Assembly: GCA_964016885.1 (NCBI GenBank)
Contig: OZ024746.1
Location: 96,968,001 to 97,032,000 of the forward strand
Source of the DNA: Eledone cirrhosa
Lineage: Eukaryota
Direction: 5' to 3'
DNA: 64,000 bases
The position numbers were made by a program, and so were the translations under genes. A model generated the notes under the pieces. That model had not been told where the DNA came from. It was given only the letters and a program-made list of their open reading frames with translations, and searched no databases. This document shows positions 52,381 through 64,000 of this stretch, in pieces. Position 1 is the stretch's first letter. Every line of letters starts with the position of its first letter.

Positions 52381-52662
52381 TCAGACGGGGTGATGTGTTG
52401 TTTCCTTGAGCAAGACCCTTTATTTCACATTGCTCCAGTTTACTCAGCTGTAGAAATGAGATGATAGGACTGGGGTCCCTATCATTCAACTGCAAAGTGG
52501 TCGTGGTGGTGCCACGGCAAAAAAGCACCCGGCACTCACTGTAAATAAGGTTGGTGTTAGGAAGGGCATCCAGCTGTAGAAATCAAGCCAGAATCAGTTC
52601 CCGTCCCACCCTTGGAAGCAAGGAAAAGCGGAAGTAAAGTGAAATGATGATGATGATGATGA
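52381..52662 (+). mobile_element. SINE family B (5'-truncated)
   Basis: Body and (ATG)n tail; TA flanks. Confidence 0.85.
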
Positions 52663-52687
52663 TATATATATATATACATATATATAT

Positions 52688-52730
<43 letters not shown>

Positions 52731-52860
52731 CATATATATACACATACATACATATATATATACATATACATATATATACACATAAATATATATATACACA
52801 CCACACATATATATATATATATACACACATATATATATATATATGTGCGTATATATATAA

Positions 52861-52923
<63 letters not shown>

Positions 52924-52950
52924 TATATATATACATTTATATATATATAT

Positions 52951-53289
52951 ATCATCATCATCATCATTTTACGTCCGCTTTTCCCTACTTGCAAGGGTGG
53001 GACGGGAACTGATTCTGGTTTGATTTCTACAGCTGGATGCCCTTCCTAACACCAACCTCATTTACAGTGAGTCCTGGGTGCTTTTTTGCCGTGGCACCTC
53101 CACGACCACTTTGCAGTGGAATGATAGGGACCCCAGTCCATATCATCTCATTTCTACAGCTGAGTAAACTGGAGCAATGTGAAATAAAGTGTCTTGCTCA
53201 AGGAAGCAACACATCACCCGGTCTGAGAATTGAACTCACAACCTTTCAATTGCAAGCCCAATTCTCTAACCACTAAGCCATGTGCCTCC
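52951..53289 (-). mobile_element. SINE family B
   Basis: Full-length; TA flanks. Confidence 0.88.
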
Positions 53290-53349
53290 ATATATATATA
53301 TTTATACATACATATATACGTATATATATATACATACATATATATATAT

Positions 53350-53661
53350 AGTCCAGCCAGTGACTTGAAAACTCTGGTACAAACACTACATTTGTGACAA
53401 TTATTGACACATAGTGCTGGGCCCATGGTACCATGTGACGACAAGTGCAGAGAGATCTCCAGATATAAAGCAATGCCTGTGCCATGAAGCTTTTATAGTG
53501 AGCAAAGGCACTGCACAAAGCCAGTCCCACTCTCTTAACCAAGATGATATTTACCAAAAAGAAGAACAAGTCAACATCATTGGATACCATCAGGGTTGCA
53601 GGTGTTATATCAGAGTTTTCCTTCTCCTATAATTCTGCCTTGACAAAGGCTAAGGGGTCAT
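53350..53661 (-). repeat. Repeat unit copy 3 (partial)
   Basis: Direct repeat of 51083-51394. Confidence 0.7.
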
Positions 53662-53680
53662 TTCATAAATATATATATAT

Positions 53681-53713
<33 letters not shown>

Positions 53714-53714
53714 C

Positions 53715-53748
<34 letters not shown>

Positions 53749-53792
53749 TTATATATATATATATATATACATTTATATATATATATATATAC

Positions 53793-53826
<34 letters not shown>

Positions 53827-53920
53827 TTATATATATATATATATATACATTTATATATATATATATATACATTTATATATACATATATATATATACATTT
53901 ATATATATATATCTATCCAT

Positions 53921-54332
53921 CTAAGGCGGGTAAAATTCCCGAGATCCATGGATGAGTTCTCTCCAGCGGTCTCTGTCCCTCATTATCGCTGCCATATCCT
54001 GCATCTCCAACAGACCAGTGTCTGTCCTTAGGGCATCAACATATGTTAACCTTGGTCTTCCTCTTCTAGTGTGTCCATGTAGGGGCTCCCAAAGGAGCAC
54101 TGAGTGCAATGTCAACTCTGGATGTCGGTGAGCATGTCCAGCCAACCTCAGTCTTCTCTGTGTCACTTTTGGGATGCTCCCATACAGCTCTGAGTTTTTC
54201 ATCCTCAGTGTATACTGATTAATGTTCAGAGCCATCCTCAGCATTCTCGTGTAGCACCCATCCACCATCTGAGTGAGTCTCTTGGTCAGTGTCCAAGTCT
54301 CAGACCCATACAGCAGCACAGACTCCACTTTT
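53921..54332 (-). mobile_element. 3' fragment of a second RTE-like LINE family
   Basis: VESVLLYGSETWTLTK...RRLRLAGHAHRH...RRGRPRLTYVD, a typical RTE C-terminus; flanked by TA tracts. Confidence 0.85.
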
Positions 54333-55212
54333 ATAAATATATACATACATATATGTATATATACATATATACATACATTAAAGAGTAAGTGAAACAAAAC
54401 AAATAGTAGGGTAGGTAGATGAAATCCTCAGGGGGTGGACTATGTTCAATGACCTAATCCCATTGAGAAGATTGCGTGAAGAAGAGGAAGAATAGAAGGA
54501 ATAAAACCAATGCTCAAAACTCCCTTCTGGACTAATAGACACCCAACCCATTGTCAGAATATCTTTTACTCTAGCATTGGTTTTAGCCACCTGCTGACAT
54601 CATTTGAACTATCATGATTCTCAGTTTTGAGAATTGCACAGTTTTTTGAATTGCTGTCACCTGAAATATGTGTGTGTGTGTGTATATATATATATACAAA
54701 ATTTAGTACAGCATCAAGCTAAGCACTCGGTAGGGTATATAACCCTAGAGTTATAACATTACGTTTAGACAGCTTTGCAAAATGAAGACAGCGACTGATA
54801 GGCGGGCCGCAGTGACCATAGCCACGAAAAAGACTGAACTCAGGAAAAATATATATATATATATATATATATTTTCATTAAGGTGTGTGGTTGAGTGGTT
54901 AGAGGATTGGGCCGCAATCGTGAGGTTGTGAGGTCGATTGCTGGACCGGGCAATGTGTTATGTCCTTGAGCAAGTCACTTTATTTCACGTTGCTCCTTCT
55001 ACCTTGAGTTGCATCCGATAGATTGTATTAGCAATTGGAATGACCAATGGAAATTCTCATATAGAACTGTTTCTGGCAGGATGCCAGAAACAGGCTGGAT
55101 GCCCTTACTAACATCACCCACATTTACAGTGTAGACTGGAAGCCCTTTTACCGTGTCTCCCACACGACCACTCTACAGTGTGGACACTTGATATTTTTTG
55201 TCATTACCTACA

Positions 55213-55450
55213 TATAAGGAAATGAAATTGAAAATGCAACTGGAGTCTTTTAAGAATATTTATTCATTTTACCAGTTTCACAGTTCTTATGATTTTCAAA
55301 AGTAAAATTGAGATGTGGCGGTTATCACAACATAAAAATAAACCCCACATCTCAATTTTACTTTCGAAAATCATAAGAACTGTGAAACCGGTAAACTACA
55401 TAAATATTCTTAAAAGACTCCAGTTTCATTTTTAATTTCTTTTCCTTATA
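55213..55450. repeat. Palindrome, about 105-bp arms
   Basis: actggagtcttttaagaatattta...gtaaaattgagatgtgg / ccacatctcaattttac...taaatattcttaaaagactccagt; single-arm relative at 26445-26640. Confidence 0.88.
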
Positions 55451-56176
55451 TTTTTACCTGTGTGGGACATTTTAAAAATTCTTACTTTCTTATATATATA
55501 TATTTAAGTAGAATCTAAGTCAGTGTTGCAGCATATGTAGAAACTTTATTGGCATATTACAATCAATGTGATGAGGCTTGACCCTTTTTCAACATCTTGT
55601 CATATATGCAAGTTCATATGTGCAAAGACACAGCTAAACTCGCATGTTTGATAAGATCTCATAAAAGAGTCAGGCCACATAATTTTGATTGTACCCTGAG
55701 TCGATCGATATCGAAATAATTGTAATATGCCAATAAAGTTTGTATACTAAAGTTTGTATACAATGAATCGCTGCTTTCACCCTTGGATTTTAGTCTTCAA
55801 ATTTATTATTATTACTATATATATATATAATAATTGTTTCTACTTTTGGCACAAGGCCAGCAATTATCCCAATGTATTACTGGTACTTTATTTTATCGAC
55901 CCCGTAAGGATGAAAGGCAAAGTTAACCTCGGCGGGATTTGAACTCATAATAATAAGGAGTTGACGGACCCAGGTTGTATCTCAGTGTACTCAATAGATA
56001 ATGTAGAACACATTCCAGAGTATACACAGTTATTCACTTCAATATAACACACGTAAACAGGTGCCTATATTAGTTCCCGGACTCGAGTTTCGGTCACACT
56101 TAATGCAGTAGTAGGGTGCACTGCACCCTCTGTCTGCATATATTATGCAACAATGCATATATATATATATGCATGT

Positions 56177-56218
<42 letters not shown>

Positions 56219-56309
56219 TTGCACTCTGTGCAAAACAGATAAAGTCAGTACTTAATCAGAGCTACAAACTTTTCATGAGGCACATCACAATTAGATTTGT
56301 AACCGCAAC

Positions 56310-56340
<31 letters not shown>

Positions 56341-56844
56341 TGCATACATATATATATGTGTGTGTCTATGTATATATATATATATATGTATCTACACACA
56401 CACATATACACACACATATATATATACACACACACACATACATACATGTATATATGTGTGTGCATGTCTATATATATATCTACACACATACATATACACA
56501 CATATATATATATATACTTATATATATACACATAGATACACACATATACGTGTGTGTGTGTATATATATAGATATATACATTTATATGTATATATATTTA
56601 TATGTAAGTATATGTGTATATATATATATATTACATATATATTATATATATATGAAAAAAAGGAAAAGAATGACTTCACTTGTTCTAAACAATTTAATTT
56701 AATAATATTACAATTTTACAATTTTGTTACAAAACAGAATTTTAAAATTATAATATAAAATTAAATTGTTTAGAACTACAAGTGAAGTAATTCTTTTCCT
56801 TTTTTCAAATATACCTAACTGTACCAAGGATTTCACACATTTTA

Positions 56845-56902
<58 letters not shown>

Positions 56903-58121
56903 ACACACACACATATATACATGCCTATACAGATATTCTGATGAAGGACTACAAACTGAAACTTTAAGATACCTTCGTACTATATCCAGTATTAAACTAA
57001 TATATTTCTCCATTATACTAATTTGTGAGCTTACACACACATACACACACACATTCACATGAATATATACATATGCCGTACCTTGCTCAAACAGAACTGT
57101 ATTTTGGTAGGGATTTTTACAGATGAATGCCCTTCCTAACACCAACCATGCTTGTAGTTTGGAATATATATATATATACGTATATCAGTGGCGAAGGGTA
57201 ACCTGGAAAGCAGGGCATGCAGTCCAATCGCCATGGCAAGGAGTGGGGCTGTGCAGCCTTACCCCCGCCCCAATTCCCTCTAAATGACCCTCCCAGTCAA
57301 AGCTGCATGAAGTGTTATCTAGTGTGTGTGTGTGTGTGTGTTATCTTTTTATGTGTCTACGATTTAGTAAGCAGTCAAAATTCTGCTTGCCCCAAAGCTG
57401 TCGTGTGTTTGTGTATGTGTGTGTGTGTGTGTTATCCTTATGTGTCTATACGTTTTAGTAAGCAGCCAAAATTCTGCTTGCTTCAACCGACGCAATTGAT
57501 CAACTCAAGATTCTATAACACATGCACTGCATGCGTTGCATGCACGGACCCTTCACCCCTGATGTATATATATATATATATGTATATATAAAATTTTGAT
57601 AGGTTTCAGCCAATATTGGCTCAACTATATCTAACTTAATAGAACCACCTAATGAAATCTTTCAAATCATGCTTCACACCAGAGTCAGCACACTTCGGAC
57701 ATCATAGTCCACTTTAGTAAACAGTTATTGTTTCTAGAGACATATTCATGTGTAAAGGTGTTAAGCCAGAATTTCTTTGAGCAATTTGTCCAGGTATTGT
57801 TTGTATTTTATGGGACGTTTTTCTGTCATGATGTATTTTGGTATGGTACTATAGTGAACATATCCACTAGAGGTAAAACGGTTGGGATCTAATGTTGTTT
57901 TGACATGTGAGGTTAACTTTCGTAAAATACGTATGTATGTGTATATATTTATAATTTGTACAGACACTTATCTATACACGCATGTATATATAAACGCATG
58001 TACATATGCTCATTTCATTGTCGGACAATGAACAACTAGCATGTCTATGTCAACATATCATTAGTGAAAAAATGTTGTTAAAAATTTTGTTCATACTTCC
58101 AATCATTCAAGCTTACAAATA

Positions 58122-58183
<62 letters not shown>

Positions 58184-58304
58184 GTATGTATATATATATA
58201 TTATATGGTTAATGGGACGTGTGGACCACATTATGGTCTGTTGGCTGTGAAGTAGATAACATGAAGAACTCAACAACCTGTATAAATGGTGCAAAGCGGA
58301 GCAT

Positions 58305-58774
58305 TATATATCAATATAAGATCTGAGACCATATTCACTTGGTTCAGGTTTATTTAAAATCTGTTGTATATATTTCGTTGAGGACTATCAGTTATGACAG
58401 CCTGAGTACTTCAGATGGTAAACCTATAAAACAATGAAAGTTCATAAAAAACCTTTAAATTTGGAAAAATTGAATAACTTCTTTGAGAAAAATTTTCTTT
58501 TTTTGATACAGAGGGCTGGTTGGATGTGTGTATCTTGATACAGGTGCCGGCTGCCAAAGAATCAACAACATATGTCCAGCCAGACCTTTATATGAAGAAA
58601 AGAAAATCTTCCTCAATGAAGTTATTGGATTTTTCCAAACAAAAGATTTTATGAACTTTCATTGTTTTATAGGTTTTGCCATCTGAAGTACTCATAGTCC
58701 ACAGTGAAATATATATAACGGATTTTAAATAAACCTGAAACAACTAAATATGACCTCAGGTCTTGTATTGATAC

Positions 58775-58775
<1 letters not shown>
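58305..58775. repeat. Inverted repeat, about 140-bp arms with a spacer of about 190 bp
   Basis: gagtacttcagatggtaaacctataaaacaatgaaagttcataaaa / ttttatgaactttcattgttttataggttttgccatctgaagtactc. Confidence 0.82.
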
Positions 58776-58828
<53 letters not shown>

Positions 58829-59167
58829 CACACTGGAAGGTAATATCCGTAGTGGTAGAGCACTTAATCCACGGGACGCGTTTGGTAGAAGTTGTAACAC
58901 AACAGTTAGTCCACCATACTGAGAACAATTGTTCTTGGTATGGTGAACTAACTGTTGTGTTACTACATATATATTTATTAAAATAACAGATTAAAGTTTA
59001 AGCAAAGAATCACAGCTTTCACCCTTAACGGGATCTTCTGAAACTTAAAATCTGTTATTTTAATAAATATTTGCTCTAGGGTTCTTATATATTTGATACA
59101 TATTTATCTTTATCGAGCCCTCTTTGGATTTTAGTTTTCACATTTATTATTATTACTATATATATAT

Positions 59168-59386
59168 ATGAAAGTATGTATAATATATTTTGCAATATAC
59201 TGTATGTTTAATTAAAAACATTTTGAAGACCATTTGCTATGAGTTTTAAAGTAGAGACTATGTCACTTACTTATTCTTGGCAAAACACTTGTTTTTGCTG
59301 AGAATAAAACTCATAGCGAATGGTCTTCAAAATGTTTTTAATTAAACATACAGTATATTGCCACAGTATATTATACATACATTCAT
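59168..59386. repeat. Palindrome, about 80-bp arms
   Basis: gcaatatactgtatgtttaattaaaaacattttgaagaccatt / aatggtcttcaaaatgtttttaattaaacatacagtatattgc. Confidence 0.88.
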
Positions 59387-59436
59387 GTATATATCACTAT
59401 TTCAGAGCACCAATACTAATATATATATATATATAT

Positions 59437-59821
59437 GGAGGCACATGGCTTAGTGGTTAGAGCATTGGCCTTGCAATCGAAAGGCTGTGAGTTCAATTCT
59501 CAGACCGGGTGATGTGTTGTGTCCTTGAACAAGACACTTTATTTCACATTGCTCCAGTTTACTCAGCTGTAGAAGTGAGATAATAGGGACAGGGGTCCCT
59601 ATCATTCCACTGCAAAGTAGTCGTGGAGGTGCCACAGCAAAAAAGCACCCAGCCCACACTGTAAAGTGGACGTGTAGGCGCCACGGAAAAAAAGCACCCT
59701 GCACTCACTGTAAATGAGGTTGGTGTTAGGAAGGGCATCCAGCTGTAGAAATCAAGCCAGAATCAGTTCCCGTCCCACCCTTGCAAGCAGGGAAAAGCGG
59801 ACGTAAAATGATGATGATGAT
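59437..59821 (+). mobile_element. SINE family B
   Basis: Full-length with internal duplication; head follows (TA)n. Confidence 0.9.
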
Positions 59822-60168
59822 AGACTGCTTCTAAGCTATATTATTTGTTACTATTCAAGTGACTAGTAATAAGATATATACACACACCCTGTTATATATT
59901 TATATATGTACATACACACACTCACATATACATATGTATTATCTTCATTGTCACCACAATCCAATTTACATCTACCTTTTCAATGCTTCCATGGGTTAGA
60001 TAAGACTTTTGAAGGCAGGGTTTCTATGACTGGATGCTCTTCTCGATATCATCTTACACCTTATCATAAATAAAGGTGCATATCACTGTTGCTTGCCACA
60101 TAATCTATGTGGTATTCAAACAGTTGTCACCACTGGCTTTTTAATAACTATATATATATATATATTTA

Positions 60169-60337
60169 GAGAGTGAACAGCACAATATATAACTAATCCA
60201 TTACCAAAGGTTTCAGGACCCTAGACAGTATTAACAAACATCTAGTTTGCTCATCAGATAGAGAGGTTAATATTGTCTAGGATCCTGAAACCTTTGGTAA
60301 TGAAGTAGTTATCTATCTATTGTGTTGTTCACTCTCT
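60169..60337. repeat. Palindrome of the 9990/25005 hammerhead family
   Basis: gagagtgaaca...cattaccaaaggtttcagga / tcctgaaacctttggtaatg...tgttcactctc. Confidence 0.82.
60197..60262 (-). ncRNA. Type I hammerhead motif (25005 family), left arm of a palindrome
   Basis: Minus strand: tctat CTGATGA gcaaa-ctaga...tctag-ggtcct GAAACC ttt GGTA|atgga. Confidence 0.6.
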
Positions 60338-60421
60338 AATTAAATAGCTCTGTTTATACATAGAGCACTCTTTTTTCCTTTGCTTTTTCTTCGGAAATAC
60401 TTAACACAAATATATATACAC

Positions 60422-60484
<63 letters not shown>

Positions 60485-60679
60485 CTGGAACCCAGCTCAT
60501 TCAAACTGTCATCATAAAAAATAAAAATAAAGATGGCTGCCAGAGGTTGACTTTGGTTTCTTTTCATGTTATATTTCTGAAACCCTCAAGTTATATTTCT
60601 GAAAGGAACCAAATTCAAAATCTGGCAGCCATCTTTATTTTTACTTTTCTCATGACAGGCTGAATGAGCTGGAGTCCAG
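60485..60679. repeat. Palindrome, about 70-bp arms
   Basis: ccagctcattca...aaaaataaagatggctgccaga / tctggcagccatctttattttt...tgaatgagctgg. Confidence 0.82.
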
Positions 60680-60817
60680 AACCCAACGAAACTTAAGTAC
60701 CTGTTTAAGACACTGTTGTAACTATTTATACTAAACTCGTCCTATGGACTGAGTGTTCTTTCTCTTGGATATTCCTACTTACTGCAGTACATATGTGTTT
60801 ATATATATATATAAAAT

Positions 60818-60862
<45 letters not shown>

Positions 60863-60911
60863 AATGAAAGGTATAGAAATTGTTTTAGCGAGAAGCTAAT
60901 AGTATTTCATA

Positions 60912-60962
<51 letters not shown>

Positions 60963-60997
60963 TATAAAATGTTTATATATATATATATATTGTGCCC

Positions 60998-61101
60998 TTT
61001 CTGATGATCTGGTTAAGCTAACAACGTATTTAAAATTGAGTGGCTCAACTTCAAGTGTTCAGCAATTTTTAGACAACTTAATCAGTGAAACAATTGTTAA
61101 T
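60998..61101 (+). ncRNA. Hammerhead-like motif with a long stem II
   Basis: CTGATGA t-ctggttaag...cttaatcag-t GAAAC aatt GTT|aa; stem I weak. Confidence 0.45.
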
Positions 61102-61278
61102 ACTGTCAATAAAACCCTTTTTTGTACTGTTGACCATGTTATTCTTCACTCTTTCAATATATATATATATATCTTTCCTTTCCTATTAAACTAAGAATTA
61201 AACTATTATATCTTATCAATTAATTGTGATGTTCTTCTGTGTTTACCTCCTTTCAACTCTTATATATAACACACACAC

Positions 61279-61808
61279 ATATGTATGTATAGATATAACA
61301 ATTTCCCAAGTGAGCCTTCTGCACGAAGAATATATAGCTAAGTGCAGGCTACCATTTCAGTAGCAAGCTCACCAGAGTAATATCTAATAATGTAAACTAC
61401 ATTCCTAAGAAGAAAATAGAAACTAGCATTAATGAAAATTCATTCCCAGATGGGATAATGCAAAGTTGGTTTTAATAGAGAAAAACATGCAAACAGAGTG
61501 AGTCAGAATTTTGGTAGCTGCAGTGACTTCTCTGGATATGTTTTTTCTCTTATTGAGCATCTTCAGTGAAGCATAGTTCATTTATGGTTGCCAAGAACAT
61601 CAGACCACTTGAAGAACCTTTAACTAAATCAGCAAATCAAAATAATACCATTAGAAACTTTGCCAAGCCTGTCTTCTGGGAAGATAAAGAACTTATAACT
61701 ATGTGCAAGCTACTCAATAATTAAAAATTATTTTCTTTTCATCTTATGAAAAATGGTAGTCTGCACTTAGTTATATGTTTTTCCTGCAGAAAGTATCCTT
61801 GGGAAATT
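61279..61808. mobile_element. MITE-like element with about 60-bp imperfect TIRs
   Basis: aatttcccaag...ctaagtgcaggctaccattt / aaatggtagtctgcacttag...cttgggaaatt; an extra TIR copy at 61845-61898. Confidence 0.5.
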
Positions 61809-62226
61809 TTCCAATTATTTTCTTATCAACACATTAAGAACGATAGACTGCACTTAGGTGTTTGTTCTTCATACAGAAAACACCCTCGGGAAATTTTCCG
61901 ATAAGTGAATGTATCTGCACAAAACTACTACTTCTAGTTGTTCTAAGTTCTTGGCAATTAAAAAATATGCATTTTTGAGATGCAATAAGGCTAAAACCTA
62001 TATGGAATTGACACTATAATTGCCAAAGATAGGATGCATTCTTCTCCAGTTCTATTCTAATTAATTTTTTGCTTGATTGAAATTTTAGGGGAGTTCTACT
62101 CTTTGTAACCCCCTAGGAATAATTTTGTATTAACGCTAATGACTTTTATTCTCAATGGGGATGTAATTTGGAAAAATAAAAATTATTTTCGGTTGACCAC
62201 CTAAATGACAATTTACCTCACCTAAC

Positions 62227-62259
<33 letters not shown>

Positions 62260-62266
62260 AATTTTA

Positions 62267-62348
<82 letters not shown>

Positions 62349-62373
62349 CACACACATATATATATATATATGT

Positions 62374-62406
<33 letters not shown>

Positions 62407-62840
62407 CATACACATACACAAATATCTATATATATATTAAAATATAAATGTACAGTTTGGATCCTTAGTTATTCTTTCTCCCCTATTCATCTCATTTTCT
62501 AGATTTCCTTGAATAGTGAGAAAACTTTACTCTAATGAGATGCAAAGCAATTTCACTAGTGCAGGTGTCTTGATAAGATGCACTTTGTACACTCTGTAAT
62601 TGTTATGTGATTGAACAAAAACAATGGAGCATTGAAAGGAACCTTTTGATTCTGCAAAGAAGATAAACTCTTTAGAGTTTGTGCCTTGATAAAATGTACC
62701 CAATACTCTCTGTAAATTGGCTGGTATTAAGAAGTGCATCCAGCTGTAGAAATCATGATAAAAATTGAATAGGTTCAAGCAAGATATGCTTTGCTAAGCC
62801 ATCATAAAAGGCAGGAATGACCCAACCAACCCATGAAAAC

Positions 62841-63329
<489 letters not shown>

Positions 63330-63637
63330 CATCATCATCGTTTAACGTCCATCTTCCACGCTAGCATGATTTAGACGGGAGTTGTGCCACTTGAGGCAAG
63401 GTTGTCTACACACACACATATATATATATATATATATTAATTTAGATTTGGTGATTCACCACTGGATGGAACTGGTCATTCCGTATAGTTAACCATGATG
63501 TAATATTAGGGAAAACATTCAACATTATGCAACTCATCCATCTTCGATGTTGAATCTAGTTGGTGGTGTGAGAACGGAGTTAATTATTATTGAGTAAAAT
63601 AACAGGAGGTGAGATTCCTTCAAAGATTTATTACAGC

Positions 63638-63699
63638 AGACACTATGTACATTTCAGTGACCAAGTTCAGTAAGATCCTGGTGACATCATCAGGTGTTT
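63638..63699 (-). ncRNA. Type I hammerhead motif, left arm of the 63586-63946 palindrome
   Basis: Minus strand: aaacac CTGATGA tgtcaccagg...cttggtcact GAAAT gtac ATA|gtgtct. Confidence 0.62.
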
Positions 63700-63823
63700 A
63701 TTGCATAAAAGTTATATAATAAAGGAATAAAGGTAAACACAATCCAAGAGGCTTGGATTATGTTTTCTTAGCCTCTTGGATTGTATTTACCATTATTCCT
63801 TTATTATGTAACTTTTATGCAAT

Positions 63824-63885
63824 AAACACCTGATGATGTCACCAGGATCTTATGGAACTTGGCCACTGAAATGTACATAGTGTTT
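63824..63885 (+). ncRNA. Type I hammerhead motif, right arm of the 63586-63946 palindrome
   Basis: aaacac CTGATGA tgtcaccagg...cttggccact GAAAT gtac ATA|gtgttt; 6-bp stem I; palindromic stem III ATGTACAT. Confidence 0.65.
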
Positions 63886-63939
63886 GCTGTAATAAATCTT
63901 TCAAGGAATTTCACCAATCCGTCCTCCTGTCATTTTACT

Positions 63940-63988
<49 letters not shown>

Positions 63989-64000
63989 AGTATATGTTGG

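Larger units (their letters stand above)
63586..63946. repeat. Palindrome, about 170-bp arms, one hammerhead per arm
   Basis: Arms meet at caatccaagaggct-16 nt-agcctcttggattg; ends in (TA)n. Confidence 0.92.

Noticed and set aside
56039-56135. Cys-containing ORF as a further agrin exon
   Set aside because: No Kazal or follistatin spacing and no suitable phase-1 donor.
56938-56975. CTGATGA...GAAAC hammerhead candidate
   Set aside because: Stem II is weak and no NUH or stem III follows GAAAC; at best heavily decayed.
61098-61120. miR-8/miR-200-like start TAATACTGTCA
   Set aside because: The match ends after 11 nt, there is no pre-miRNA hairpin, and it lies inside a repeat.

Overview
AT-rich, microsatellite-laden eukaryotic DNA, most likely from an octopod cephalopod (inferred from the SINE, RTE and (TA)n/(CAT)n landscape). 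The window lies inside one large minus-strand gene. Eight phase-compatible exons between 33840 and 8283 splice into 1020 nt (340 codons). They encode four follistatin/Kazal domains, a Ser-Gly cluster and a 6-Cys module, which matches the N-terminal half of an agrin-like proteoglycan; one intron uses a GC donor. The introns hold a 5'-truncated RTE LINE with an open RT ORF and a PHD-type finger, other RTE remnants, two abundant tRNA-derived SINE families, TTAA (piggyBac-type) and TA (pogo-type) MITEs, and a Helitron relic. The most notable signal is a dense set of short non-coding elements from several unrelated families, mostly sitting in (TA)n tracts. Many are long palindromes, and about ten carry a type I hammerhead-ribozyme fold (CUGANGA-stem II-GAAA-short stem III-NUH-stem I). 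They resemble Penelope-like pLTR or retrozyme remnants, with copy-specific fold-back points. Nearly all small ORFs in the supplied track are microsatellite or SINE artefacts. All alignments and folds were done by eye.
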